Origin: Prasinococcaceae sp. CCMP 1430
Taxonomy: Eukaryota > Plantae > Prasinodermophyta
DNA length: 64,000 nucleotides
Assembly: GCA_013416795.1 (NCBI GenBank)
Contig: RQSC01001207.1
Span: 178,145 to 242,144 of the forward strand
Direction of reading: 5' to 3'
The notes beneath the pieces were generated by a model. That model ran no database searches, was not told where the DNA came from, and saw only the letters and a list, made by a program, of their open reading frames with translations. Below are positions 1-10,999 of the stretch, piece by piece. The position numbers were made by a program, and so were the translations under genes. The stretch's first letter is position 1. The number at the start of each line of letters is the position of its first letter.

Positions 1-1171
1 GTTGGCGCAGTGAAGGGCGCCCAGCATGAGGTGGGTCAGCCTGGGTCGCTTCTCCCGCTCCTCACGCGGGACGTACGCCTTCGTCTTCTTCGCGCGCGCT
101 TTCTTGGCAGAGCGCTCCCCTTGGGGCGACTGGTGGTCGTGCTCCTGCCCCTGCTCCTGCCCCTGGCGCTGCTCCTGCCCCCTCCCCTCCACCTTCACCA
201 GCGCGTCTGCCTCGCCGGCCTGGAGCTGCGCCCCCGCCCCGATCTCGAAGCTGCGCGAGTCCAGCACGATCTCCCTGCGTCCGGCCGGTTCAACAGCCGA
301 TGCTGACACGAGGCGGTAGGCGTCCAGGCGCTCGCTCAGAGACGCGTCTGCCGGCATCGCATCCCACACCTGTTTCATGGTGAGCAAGCTCCGCACCATG
401 CCGTTGTGGTGGTCGCGCACCGCCACTGCGTGCAGCCTGCGCTCGAGCTCGTCACGACCTTCCAGGTACTCCGCCACGCGCGGGTGACAGAGCCCCTCCT
501 GCATGCGCGTGAAGATGGTCGCGATGGGGTTCCCGAAGCGAACCTCATCGTAGCCGAGCAGCGCCTCGAGCTGCTCCCTGCTGAAGCCTTTCGGTAGGCA
601 CGCATGGAGCTCCTCGCGTGCATCGGGGGGCAGTGAGTCGAAGCTCTCCAAGGAGAGCACGTCTGCGAGATCCTCGAGCTCAAAGAGCGACGCTGGAAGG
701 GTGAGCGGCGCCAGGCCGCGCCCGATGCACGCGGGCTCGCTGGCCGCCTCGTCGTACACCAGCGTGTCGCCGCAGGGCAGGTGGAAGTCGCTGTCCGCCT
801 TCGCCGCGGGCGCGTCGGCGCGGTCGGCGTCCATCGGCGTCAGACGGCCCGCCGGCGATACGCCACGCGGCATGGCATCTGCGCCGCCGAGATCGCTCGC
901 CGCTGCCGCCGCTGCGGCTGCCGCCGCCGCCGCAGCGAACGCNNNNNNNNNNNNNNNNNNNNNNNNNNNNNNNNNNNNNNNNNNNNNNNNNNNNNNNNNN
1001 NNNNNNNNNNNNNNNNNNNNNNNNNNNNNNNNNNNNNNNNNNNNNNNNNNNNNNNNNNNNNNNNNNNNNNNNNNNNNNNNNNNNNNNNNNNNNNGGCGGC
1101 GGCGGCGGCGGCGGCGGCGGCGCGCGGTTACGGCGGCGGCGGCCACGCCGCGAAAAGGTGCGCTCCGCCAT
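1..1171 (-). CDS. NFRKB-like (INO80 subunit) DEUBAD/ASXH-domain protein; runs off the window at its 3' end and is interrupted by an N-gap
   Basis: Minus-strand frame reads LFELEDLADVLSLESFDSLPPDAREELHACLP...EVRFGNP...EGLCHPRVAEYLEG...HHNGMVRSL, matching the plant NFRKB DEUBAD pattern. Probable ATG at 1171 (MAERTFSRRG). Confidence 0.72.
943..1094. other. Assembly gap (N run); other gaps at 3335-3748, 19565-19575, 38207-38258 and 58173-58339
   Basis: N runs, all at GC-rich 5' ends of genes. Confidence 0.99.
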
Positions 1172-1446
1172 GCGAGGCGGCCGTGTGCGGTCCCGCCGAG
1201 GGCACAGGTTTGGCGCGATCGGAGCGCGGGTCGCTCCTCAGGATGCTGCCGTGCAGTGCGCATGTGGCCCGAGGACACCCTGTCGTTGTGCGCGCCGTGC
1301 CTTCGTGCTTGTTCTGACCGCCACGCCCTGCCGCCCTCGGGCCGCGAACCAACGCTGCATCCGCGCGGCACGCACCGCGCGCCCGTCCTTGCAGCGCCCG
1401 GTTGCAGTCCATCGGGTAGCGCGCCGCACCTCGCCTCGCTGCCGCC

Positions 1447-2222
1447 ATGTTCTTCCACCTCACCCTTAAGGCGATCGTGCGCATGCACCCGAGCGACCTG
1501 GGTCCGACCCTCATGAACAAGATCCGCGACAAGCTGCAGCACCAGGAGGAGGGCAAGTGCACGCCCGAGTTCGGCTTCGTGGTGGCGGTGATCGAGGCCA
1601 AGGTCGTCGGAAAGGTAAGGAGCGGCGCACATCGGGCAAGACTGGGCTGCGCATGCGCTGGTCGGCGCTGACACAGCGCCCTCTGGCGCGCAGGGTCTCG
1701 TGAGCGACGCAGGAAACGGCCTTGTGAGCTTCCCAGTGGAGTACGAGGCGGTGGTCTTCAAGCCTTTCAAGAACGAGGTGCTGGACACCAAGGTGACGCA
1801 GGTCAACAAGGTACGACGTGGCGCTTGGCGTAGAGGAATAGCGGGAAGGAGGGGGTGGGGGAAGGGGGGGCGGACTTTGCGCGTGCGAAGTCGCAGCGCG
1901 TGTGCGGGCAACCCACACCCACCGACACTGCATCCACACGCTCACGCTCCTGCGCCTCACGCATGCTTCCTCCCAGATGGGCTTCTTCGCCGAGGCAGGC
2001 CCTCTGCAGGTGTTCGTTTCGAGCCACCTCATCCCCGACGACCACCAGTTCACCATGGCGGAGGAACCGAGCTTCCAGAGCGACGACGGCCAGTCACGCA
2101 TCCGCGTCAACTGCGAGGTCCGCCTGCGCATTATCGGCTCGCGTGTGGACCCCGGCAAGATCTTCTGCATCGGCACCATGAAGGACGACTACACCGGACT
2201 CGTGCGCGACCCCACGACGTAG
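1447..2222 (+). CDS. RPB7: RNA polymerase II subunit RPB7; exons 1447-1614, 1694-1810, 1977-2222
   Basis: MFFHLTL...LGPTL...[14 protein letters not shown] / [31 protein letters not shown] / [20 protein letters not shown]. In-phase GT-AG introns at 1615-1693 and 1811-1976. Confidence 0.97.
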
Positions 2223-2657
2223 ATTGTCCTCGCCGCCGTCGCGCGCTCGGGCCCAGCTGTACCAATATATACCCACTGTCTAGACTTGGCACGGATCCTA
2301 CGTCTCGCGAGCCACCAGGCGCTGGCGCTGCGCGCTCCACCGCCCGGCGGCGGCACACACAGCACGAGCCACGCGGGCCACGCGACGGTGCAGACTGCAG
2401 CCAGCAGCGGGGGCGTGAAAGTCAACCCAAAAAATCTTACCCCGCCGCGCCCGGTCGAGGTACCGCCACACCAAACACGCGCCCACGCCCGCGCTGCTCT
2501 CGTCGGACACGAGCGCAGCGCGCGCGAGGACGCGCACTGGGAGCATTCAAAACTGGTGGCGCATGCGCGTGTCGCGCGTGCGCCTCGCTCGCCCAAAAGC
2601 GGGCGGGCCGCCGCGACAGCCATGGAGCGCGCACGAGAGAGAGCGCGCGGCGCGGGC

Positions 2658-3870
2658 TCACAGCCGGCGGGCGCCGTCGCCAGAGTCGCCGCCGTCCTCT
2701 GCCACGTTGTCCGTCTCGTGCGCCCGCGCCATCTGTGCGTAGTCCTCGCCGAGGAGGCTGAGGACCTCCGCCCATTTGTTCCCCTCTGTCTCGCCTAAGA
2801 TGACCTCGGGCGACGCGGCCGCAAGAATCCACACGTTCAGCCCGACCTCCTTCTCCAGCTGCCCGGGCCCCCAGCCGCAGTAGCGCACAAACCAGCGGAA
2901 GTCGGTCGCAGGCGTCCCCTCCGCCACGGCCGCGCTCGCGCCCTCGAAGCCGCCCATCCGCACGCCACGGACGACCTCCGCGCTGCCCTCCACCCCCACG
3001 TGCGGGTGGAGCATGTGGATGGTGTCCTTGCCCACGTCGCCCCCCAGGTACAGCGGGCAGTCCGCGAAGCCCGCGTCGCGGGCCTCGGTTGACACGGCGC
3101 CCATCGTGTAGCTCGTTTTCCTGTTGAGGATGATGCCAGCCGAGCCCTCTTTGGAGTGGTCGAAGAGGAAGATGACGGCCTGGTGGAAGTACTTCTGCTG
3201 TCCGTCCGTGAACATCTGCGGGTGCGCCAGCAGCACGCAGCCCTCCTCGGGCAGCGCGATGGGGTGCGCCCACTCGGACGACGCGCGAGCGGGGGCGCCA
3301 GCGTCGCCGCCGACGAGCGCGGCGCCGACCGCGGNNNNNNNNNNNNNNNNNNNNNNNNNNNNNNNNNNNNNNNNNNNNNNNNNNNNNNNNNNNNNNNNNN
3401 NNNNNNNNNNNNNNNNNNNNNNNNNNNNNNNNNNNNNNNNNNNNNNNNNNNNNNNNNNNNNNNNNNNNNNNNNNNNNNNNNNNNNNNNNNNNNNNNNNNN
3501 NNNNNNNNNNNNNNNNNNNNNNNNNNNNNNNNNNNNNNNNNNNNNNNNNNNNNNNNNNNNNNNNNNNNNNNNNNNNNNNNNNNNNNNNNNNNNNNNNNNN
3601 NNNNNNNNNNNNNNNNNNNNNNNNNNNNNNNNNNNNNNNNNNNNNNNNNNNNNNNNNNNNNNNNNNNNNNNNNNNNNNNNNNNNNNNNNNNNNNNNNNNN
3701 NNNNNNNNNNNNNNNNNNNNNNNNNNNNNNNNNNNNNNNNNNNNNNNNCGCCAGCCCTGTACCCTCCCCCTCCCTCCCGCGCCCCCTCCGCCCCGCGCCC
3801 GCGTCGCCCCGCGGCGGAGGAGGCCGCGGCGGGGGTGCGCCACAGCGCGCGCGGATGCGCGCGCGAGCAC
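2658..3870 (-). CDS. YqgE/AlgH (UPF0301/DUF179) family protein, probably organelle-targeted; spans an N-gap
   Basis: [18 protein letters not shown]...[23 protein letters not shown]...LYLGGDVG...[24 protein letters not shown]. Arg/Ala-rich N-terminus at 3870. Confidence 0.9.
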
Positions 3871-4261
3871 GCAATTTCAAATCCCGTAAATTCACTCTAT
3901 CGTCTCGTGCCTTATCACGTAAAATTGATCTCGGCTTGCAAACCGCGGGAATGATGCGAATTGACATTCAGGGAATTCGGCGCGCGCGCGTGGCCCGCGA
4001 GTGGCGCGCGATCCCGCGCTCGCTCGCCCTCGCAGACGCGAACTTTCGTCTCCGCGTACTTTCGCCTGTCGCGTACCCTGACATCGCACCATTTTTCAAA
4101 CGCGTGAATTCGCGTCGCTCCGCGAAGAATTCGCCGCGCGTGCCGTGCGCCATGCGCCCTGACGGAACTTTTTAACCCTTCTTTTCTAACCCCAAATATC
4201 ACAGCCCAAAGGCGGGATCGAACCCCGGCCGGCGAGCGCGATGCGCGCGTGGGTGGAGTAT

Positions 4262-4327
4262 TCTCCCGTGGCTACAATTGATGATATCTGCGATGCATGT
4301 GTGCGCGGGGTTTTGAGTCTCCCGTGG
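4262..4327. other. Recurrent TCTCCCGTGG motif in AT-rich islands (two copies here)
   Basis: Exact copies at 4262, 4318, 25822 and 45378; ACTCCCGTGG at 31526. Confidence 0.7.
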
Positions 4328-4386
4328 TTGGAAGTGAGTATGTTTGTGATGTATGTGGGTGCGGGGCGGCGCGCGCGCGCGCGCGC

Positions 4387-5466
4387 CTGGCGCGGCGGCT
4401 GCGGCGGCTAAGCGACAGCGACGACGAGCCCGAGGCCGCGCCGGCGCCGGCGGTCGCCGCGGCGGTCGCAGCGGCGGCCAAGGCGGCCAAGGGCAAGGGC
4501 AAGGGCGACGCCGGTGCGGGTGGCTCCGACGGGGGCTTCGTGAACCGCGAGAAGGTCCTGGTGCTCAGCTCGCGCGGCATCACCTACCGCTACCGCCACC
4601 TCATGGACGACCTCTACGCGCTGCTGCCGCACTCGAAGAAGGAGGTCAAGCTCGACGACAAGAACGACCGCGCGGTGCTCAACGAGGTTGCCGAGCTCAA
4701 GGGGTGCAGCAGTGTCATCTTCTTCGAGGTGCGCAAGCGCAGGGACCTGTACCTGTGGCTCGCCAAGACGCCGCTGGGGCCCTCGGTCAAGTTCCTCGCA
4801 GCAAACGTACACACCATGGGCGAGCTCAAGCTCACGGGCAACCACCTCAAGGGGTCGCGCCCGCTCCTGTCCTTCGACGCCCAGTTCGAGGCGCTGCCGC
4901 ACCTCGCGCTGTGCAAGGAGCTGCTCGCGCAGACCTTCGGCACGCCGCGCAACTGCAGGCGCGGGATGCCCTTCGTCGACCACGTGCTCACGGTACGGCG
5001 CCGCGCCCGCGGCGCCCACCGCATGTGACCGCGCGCGGGCGGGCGAGCGCGAGCGGCGCCCTGGGCTGACCCCATCCCCGTGCCCCCACCAAACGCCTCA
5101 CAGTTCACCTGGCTCGACGGGCGCATTTGGGTGCGCAACTACCAAATCACCGACGGCGACGGCAACCCGGCGGGCGCACGCGCGGACAAGGCGGCGCTCG
5201 ATGAGCTCAACCTCGTGGAGGTGGGCCCGCGCTTCTGCCTGCTGCCCATCCGCGCTTTCGCCGGCGCGTTCCGCGGCGCGACGCTCTACCAGAACGAAAA
5301 GTACCTCTCGCCAGCGCAGCAGCGCGCCGCGGAGCGCGCCGAGCGCCAGACGGACTTCCAGAAGAAGATCAAGCGGAAGAACAAGCGCACGGAGCACAAG
5401 GCCAAGTTCGCACCGACGCCCGACGAGTTCGACGGCCTGTTCGCCGGCGGCGATGGCAGCGACTAG
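4387..5466 (+). CDS. BRX1: Ribosome biogenesis protein BRX1 (Brix domain); intron 4993-5103; start codon unresolved
   Basis: NREKVLVLSSRGITYRYRHLMDDLYALLPHSKKEVKLD...DLYLWLAKTPLGPSVKF...ELKLTGNHLKGSRPLLSFD / FTWLDGRIWVRNYQI...LVEVGPRFCL. Confidence 0.95.
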
Positions 5467-5775
5467 ACGGAGCGCGACGACGCGGCGCGGCACGGGCGAT
5501 GGAGGCATGCCCCCGCGCGCATGCATGTACACACAGCGGAACGAGCGCGGGTGGATGCACCCCCCTCGCGATGTATACTAGAGAGCGTAAGTGCGTAGTT
5601 GGATTGCGCACGTGCTTGGCCAAGTCCCGAGAGCGCGCGTGCGCGGTCGAAGGCGCTCAGATGCTCTCTTGGATCCCCAGCGCGCCCATGGAGTGAAATA
5701 CATGGTGTTACGGACTGTACAAAGGGGGCCGTGGGAGTGGCACACGTTGGCTCTGAGGGCTGTGCAGAAAGCCTC

Positions 5776-7227
5776 CTACGCGCCTGCGTCGCCCTCGCCA
5801 GGGATGTCAACGACAAGCTCGCCCACACTGCCGGCCGCGGCACTGCCCTCCGTGCTGTCACCCTCCGCGCCGCGCTCCTGAGCACCATTGCTGGCGGCGC
5901 TGGCCATCGCAGTGAGGGCCTCCGACGTGTGTCGCGAGAGAGAGCACGGACCGACGCTCTCGTCATCGGCCTCGGTCGCGCTGTCGAGGTCGCTACCGCT
6001 GCTGAGGGTGAGCACAGGCGCGCTCCGCGCCAGCGAGTGCCGCGAGTCCCCCGACCTGCCGCGCCCACCCACTGGACCATGTCGCACGTACGAAGGCGTA
6101 GCGGCCGTCGTGACGAAGCGCGAGTGTCCGGCCCGGGGCGCGCGCGCCAGCGAGCGCCCCCCTCTGCCAGCCCCGCCCGTCCCGACGCGCGCCTGCGGCG
6201 GTTGCAACGCGCCCGAGGGGCCCTCGCCCGACCCCCCCACGCCGGAGGCGTCGCTCTCGACCACAGGCAGCAGCGGGGTGTTCTCGTCCGCTGCGGCGTC
6301 GGGCTCTGCGAAGGGATCACACTTGCAAAGGGGGCACACCCGGTTGCGGCTCGTGAGCCACTTGTCCACACACTTCTGATGGAAGGCATGCTCGCACCTC
6401 AGCAGCTTGACCTTGTCACCCACCTCGAAGTCCTCGAGGCAGATGCTGCAGCTGTCGGCGCCGTGCGGGAGCACGCTGCTTCTCCGAAAGCGTATGCATT
6501 TGAGCTTGCGCACCTGCGCAGCGGTGGCGCGCCCCGTCCCGCGCGCGGCGGCCACGCTTTGTGGGCCTGCTCCCGCACCGCGCTGCCGCTGCACGAAGTA
6601 GAACGTGGTGAGGACGCATGCGACCACCACCATCGCGATGAGGGTCATGGCCAGCATTGACCACGTCGGTTGCGGCGCGTCGGGTGTGATGCGCGCAGAT
6701 GGCCCCGGCGACCCGGCTTCCCTGATGGCGCCGAGCAGGTGCATGCCGGCCTCGTGCGTGACGAACACGCTCGGAATTTTGATGTCGAGGCCGATGGCCG
6801 CGCCCATCGTCACCAGCCTCTCCCCTGGGATGTTGTCGAAGACGATGACGCCGCTTGCCCCCGCCCGTTCGGCCTCCATCGCCTTGACGTCGAAGCCGCA
6901 CTTGCCCGTCGAGCGCTCGACGACCGCGAACCATATCTCGGGAAGCTTGGGGGCGTATTCGCCGTTGGTGAGCTTGGAGCACGCATCCAGCGGCTCGGCG
7001 CGCACGAGCGTGCCGTACACGCCGTCCTTGGGCACGCGCGGCCCGAACGCCGCGGGCGCGTCGGCAAAATGCTGCTCCCACATTGGCACGGACGCGTTCC
7101 CTCTGTGGTCGACGTAGACCGTGCCGGAGACGGCCATTATCTGCGGGAACACGCACAGGTCCAGCACGAGCAGTGCCACGCAGCACGCGGCCGCACGCGC
7201 GAACGCGAGCGCCTCCCAGTACGCCAT
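5776..7227 (-). CDS. RMR: PA-TM-RING-H2 protein (RMR-type vacuolar sorting receptor / RING E3 ligase)
   Basis: Signal-like N-terminus, PA domain (DAPAAFGP...AEPLDACS...AERAGASGVIVFDN), TM helix, RING-H2 CSICLEDF...LLRCEHAFHQKCVDKWL...CPLCK, Ser-rich tail. Confidence 0.9.
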   Translation of the reverse strand: MAYWEALAFARAAACCVALLVLDLCVFPQIMAVSGTVYVDHRGNASVPMWEQHFADAPAAFGPRVPKDGVYGTLVRAEPLDACSKLTNGEYAPKLPEIWFAVVERSTGKCGFDVKAMEAERAGASGVIVFDNIPGERLVTMGAAIGLDIKIPSVFVTHEAGMHLLGAIREAGSPGPSARITPDAPQPTWSMLAMTLIAMVVVACVLTTFYFVQRQRGAGAGPQSVAAARGTGRATAAQVRKLKCIRFRRSSVLPHGADSCSICLEDFEVGDKVKLLRCEHAFHQKCVDKWLTSRNRVCPLCKCDPFAEPDAAADENTPLLPVVESDASGVGGSGEGPSGALQPPQARVGTGGAGRGGRSLARAPRAGHSRFVTTAATPSYVRHGPVGGRGRSGDSRHSLARSAPVLTLSSGSDLDSATEADDESVGPCSLSRHTSEALTAMASAASNGAQERGAEGDSTEGSAAAGSVGELVVDIPGEGDAGA

Positions 7228-7683
7228 GCTGCGCGCCCCTCCCCTCCCCCCTCTTACGCCCGCGCTGGAGCCCCCGCTGGCAGCGGGACCGCGCACACGC
7301 GAACCCACGCGAGCGCGCGAGCGCGCGAGGCCCGTGGGCCACGGCCGCTCGTCGCACGCCGCGCCAGAGCTCCTCTCCTTCTCCCAAGCGGCAGGGCGCC
7401 GCTGACCGCCCCCCAGCCGTCGCCCCCGCCCACGTCCGCCCGCCAAGGGCGCTGTGGCACGCGCGCCGCACCCGTACCGCCGCGTCTCGCGCGTGCGATG
7501 GCGCGAGCAAAATATTTGAGGTAAACATATAGGGTTCATTACAACCTCTTGCTAGATACAATTTGATGAGGGTTTTGCGCGGGGAGTTTCGGGTTGGGTT
7601 GAACAGTGTGCGGGCGCGCGCGGCCTCGCCGCGCCGCGCGCGCCGCNTGGCCATCGAGTGCGCTCGGGTTGACGTGCACCTTT

Positions 7684-8229
7684 TCACAAACGCCACCGAT
7701 GTCGCCGTGCACGCAGCAGCGGCGCGGCCGCGAGCGCGCCGCCGCGAGCGCGCAGCGCGCGCAGGAGCTCGCGCGCCAAGAACTCGAGCGCGGGGTCGTC
7801 GCGCCTGCCGAGCAGCGTGCGCACAGTCACGGGGGACGCGTCTGAGTGCGCGAGGGCGCCTGCGTGCGGTGGACGCCCCGGCACACGTGCGCGCGCGCGC
7901 GCGTGTGCGCGACGGACGAGAGCGGACGCGCGCGAGAGTCAGTCAGCGTCACGCAGCCTGCCCAGGCAGCGCAGGTGCACAGCGGGCTGGAACCGAGGCG
8001 GGCGCAGCGCGGCGCGTCTGCCAGCCTCACCTTCGGGAGCGTCGGCCGAGACCGCGAGGCACGTCCCCAGCCGCCCGAGCGCCGTTGCGACCACGACAGT
8101 GCGGTCGGCGAAGCGCGTCGCCGCGCACTCCACACCCAGCGAGAGCGTGCGAGGCGGCGCGCCGAACGCGGGGAAGCGCGGCGCGTCGTCGCCGTCAGCG
8201 GCGTGTGCCGCCACCAGGAGCGACGCCAT
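7684..8229 (-). CDS. PSMG3: Proteasome assembly chaperone 3 (PAC3/PSMG3)-like; intron 7860-8030; C-terminus possibly frameshifted
   Basis: VECAATRFADRTVVVATALGRLGTCLAV / VTVRTLLGRRDDPALEFLARELL, joined by an in-phase GTGAG...CAG intron. Confidence 0.72.
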
Positions 8230-8623
8230 CGCGCGCGGGACAGGCCCGCCAAGCGCGCTGCGGCACCGTGCCTGACGTGATCCCACGCACACGTGCGCGC
8301 GCGCGTGCGCACGCGCGCGAGTGCGCGAGCGCCGCCGTGGCGCACGCGCGCACTGTGGCAGCACTCATGCGACCCTACCGACCCTGCTTTTTAAACCCCT
8401 AAATGCGCACTGGGCAACCGCAACGACGGCCGGTGTCGTGGTGCGTCGCACTGGACGCGCCACAAGGGGCCAGTGACCGCGTCAACACGGCAGCCCCGCG
8501 CCTTGCACGCGCGCGCGGAGGGTGCGGGGGTGAGAGACAGCCGTAGCTGTCACTCGCGGTTCGCCACCCGCGGCGCGACCACCTGCGCGTGGTACACCAA
8601 CAACGAGTTGTTATGGGGAAGAC

Positions 8624-10115
8624 TCACTGCAGCGAGAACGGCGCGCCGGCCTGCTGCCCGATGGGCTCGGGCGGCGGCGGTGCGGGCCTGCCCTTGCGCG
8701 GCGGCGCGGGCTTCGCGGCCGCGGGCGCTGCCTTTTTCTCCTCGGCGGCCGCAGCCTCGGTCGCGCTCGCGCGCGCGCCCGCGCTCGTCCCCACGGCGCT
8801 CCCGGGCGCGACCTGCCCGTTGACCGCGCCGTAGATGGCCATCGCCTGCGACACCATGCTGGCGGGGTCGTTCATCGCGGCCGGCAGCAGCACGGTGTTC
8901 CCCTCCTTCGCGATGTTTCCAAAGGACGTCAAGTACTGCTCGGTAAGCTTGATGGTCGCCGCCTGGTCGGCGCCAGGCACGGTGGTGGCCTTCGCGACCA
9001 TGCGAATGCCCTGCGCGGTCGCGTCGGCCCTGGCGAGGATCGCTGCCGCATCGCCATCCGCACGGTTGATGGCATCCTGCCTGGCAGCTTCCGAGGTGAG
9101 GATGAGCTTCTGCTTCTGGCCCTCCGCCACATTGATGGCCGACTGGCGCTCACCCTCCGACTCGAGCACCGACGCGCGCTTGCGGCGCTCGGCCTCCGCT
9201 TGCAGCTCCATCGCCACTCGCACGTTCGCCGGGGGCGAGATGTCGCGGATCTCGTAGCGCATGCACTCGAGGCCCCAGTCCAGCGTCGCCGCGTTGATGG
9301 CGCCCACGATGCGCTCGTTGAGCGTGGCACGCTCCGAGAACGTGCGGTCCAGGCTCAGCTTTCCCAGCTCGCTGCGCATGGTCGTCTGCGCGAGCTGCAC
9401 GACCGCCCAGCGCACGTCCTCCACCCCGTAGCTTGCCTTCTGCGGGTCCGTGATGCGGATGTACAGCACCCCGTCGATGGTGATGTTCACGTTGTCCGCG
9501 GTCACGGCGGTCTGGCTGGGCACTCCGATTGCCTCCTCTTTGAGCGAGTGCACGTACGCAACCCTGTCGACCACCGGGATCAGCAAGTGGATGCCCGCCT
9601 GCAGCGTGCACAGGTAGCGCCCGAAGCGCTCCACCACGTACGCGGTGCGCTCGGGGACGATGTGGATGCCTGCGAGCGGGGGCGGGGCGGGGTGTGCGCC
9701 AGCGCGCGCAAGCGCGGGCGGCGGTGGCGGCGTGGACGGGCGGGCAGAAGGTCGGAAGTGTCAGTGACGCCCAACTGGAGAGCGGCGCCAGAGTGCGCGG
9801 CTCGTCAGCCCACTCACCCATGTTCACGGGCGGTTGGATCGGCCGCAGATCGGCGGACGAGCTGTACGCGCGCGCCGCGAACCCGTGGCTCACAGCATGC
9901 GCCCCCACGGCGCGCGGCGCCACCTCGGCCAGCCGCGCCGCGGCGCCTGCCCTCCACCCCGCCGCAGCAAACCCCCGCGTCGCCGGAGCGGCGGCTGCAG
10001 CAGCGACAGGTGTGGCGCGGCGAGTGCGCGTTCGAGCGCCTGCTCCGGCCGCCGCGCAGCACAACGCTCTGCCGCCATCGGCCGCGCGCGCGGGCACGCT
10101 GCCCCCGGCCTTCAT
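8624..10115 (-). CDS. STOML2: Mitochondrial stomatin-like protein (SPFH/band 7, SLP2 type); intron 9670-9817; start approximate
   Basis: PPVNMG/IHIVPERTAYVVERFGRY...AYVHSLKEEAI...AQTTMRSELGKLSLDRTF...MELQAEAERRKRASVLESEG. Confidence 0.92.
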
Positions 10116-10413
10116 ACGCCCGAGCCCATCCCTCCACCCCCGCGGTCTCGACGCCTCTCCCCCCCCCTCTCCCCCTTCCCCGCCGCCCTTCCCTCCCAGG
10201 GGGCCCGGCCGGGCGCCACCCCGGAGCGCCCCCGTCGGCCCTGCGGCTGCCCCTGGCCGTTCGATGCGGTGCGCGATCCGCAAATCGGGTGGTTGCTAGT
10301 TAGGGGTTCACAGCACGTGCGAACGCGAACTTCGAAAGGCGTGGTTTGGGTATACACGAATGAGGGTTTAGAAAGTGGAGCGCGGATGGTCGATCGGCGC
10401 GGCGCGAGTTGGT

Positions 10414-10500
10414 TCAACCGTCGTCGGGCGGCAGGTGCTGGACCCCCGGGTGGACGAAGTCGACGTGCAGGACGGTGCGGCGCTCGGCGCCGCCCGCGCC
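10414..10500 (-). pseudogene. Orphan coding-like fragment resembling the C-terminus of an Asp/Asn beta-hydroxylase-type cupin oxygenase
   Basis: GAERRTVLHVDFVHPGVQHLPPDDG* with GC3-rich codons resembles the RxxLxxDxxHP end motif. No upstream exons are visible. Confidence 0.3.
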
Positions 10501-10999
10501 CGCGCCTCCCGCGCGCAACGAAGCCCGCCCGCTCACCCCCCGGGCGGGAAGCCGCCCAGGCGCGGGGAGGCAGGCAGCCAGAGGGGTGGGGTGGGGGTGG
10601 ATAGGGGGGCGCAGGGAGGCCGCACTGTGGCAGCGCCACAGCGCCCCCTCCAACACTCAATTTTATTTTTTAATTTAATTTTCTATTTAAACAATTTCGC
10701 GCGCACTGCCCTCGCGCTTTGCTATACCATACATATCAAAACACGCGGAATTGGTAAGATTTAGTGAACTCAACCCGTTAAAAAATTAAAAATCCGGTTT
10801 CTCCTGCTCCTCCGTCGCAGCTTCCGTCCGCCTTTTTTTTCTTTTTTTGTCGATTTTTTATCAACCGTTTTTTTTTGGGACGCCGGGCGCGCTCGATGCG
10901 CGCGCGCCACCACAGCGCGCACGCGGGGCGTGCTCTTCCTCTTGCCCCCCCTGCCCCCCTGGGCCTCGCTCCGCGTCGAGCGGGCGCAGGGAGGGCGCC

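Noticed and set aside
4200-4280. tRNA-like GGTTCGATCC (B-box/T-loop) on the minus strand
   Set aside because: The T-stem pairs poorly and no D or anticodon arms form; not a canonical tRNA
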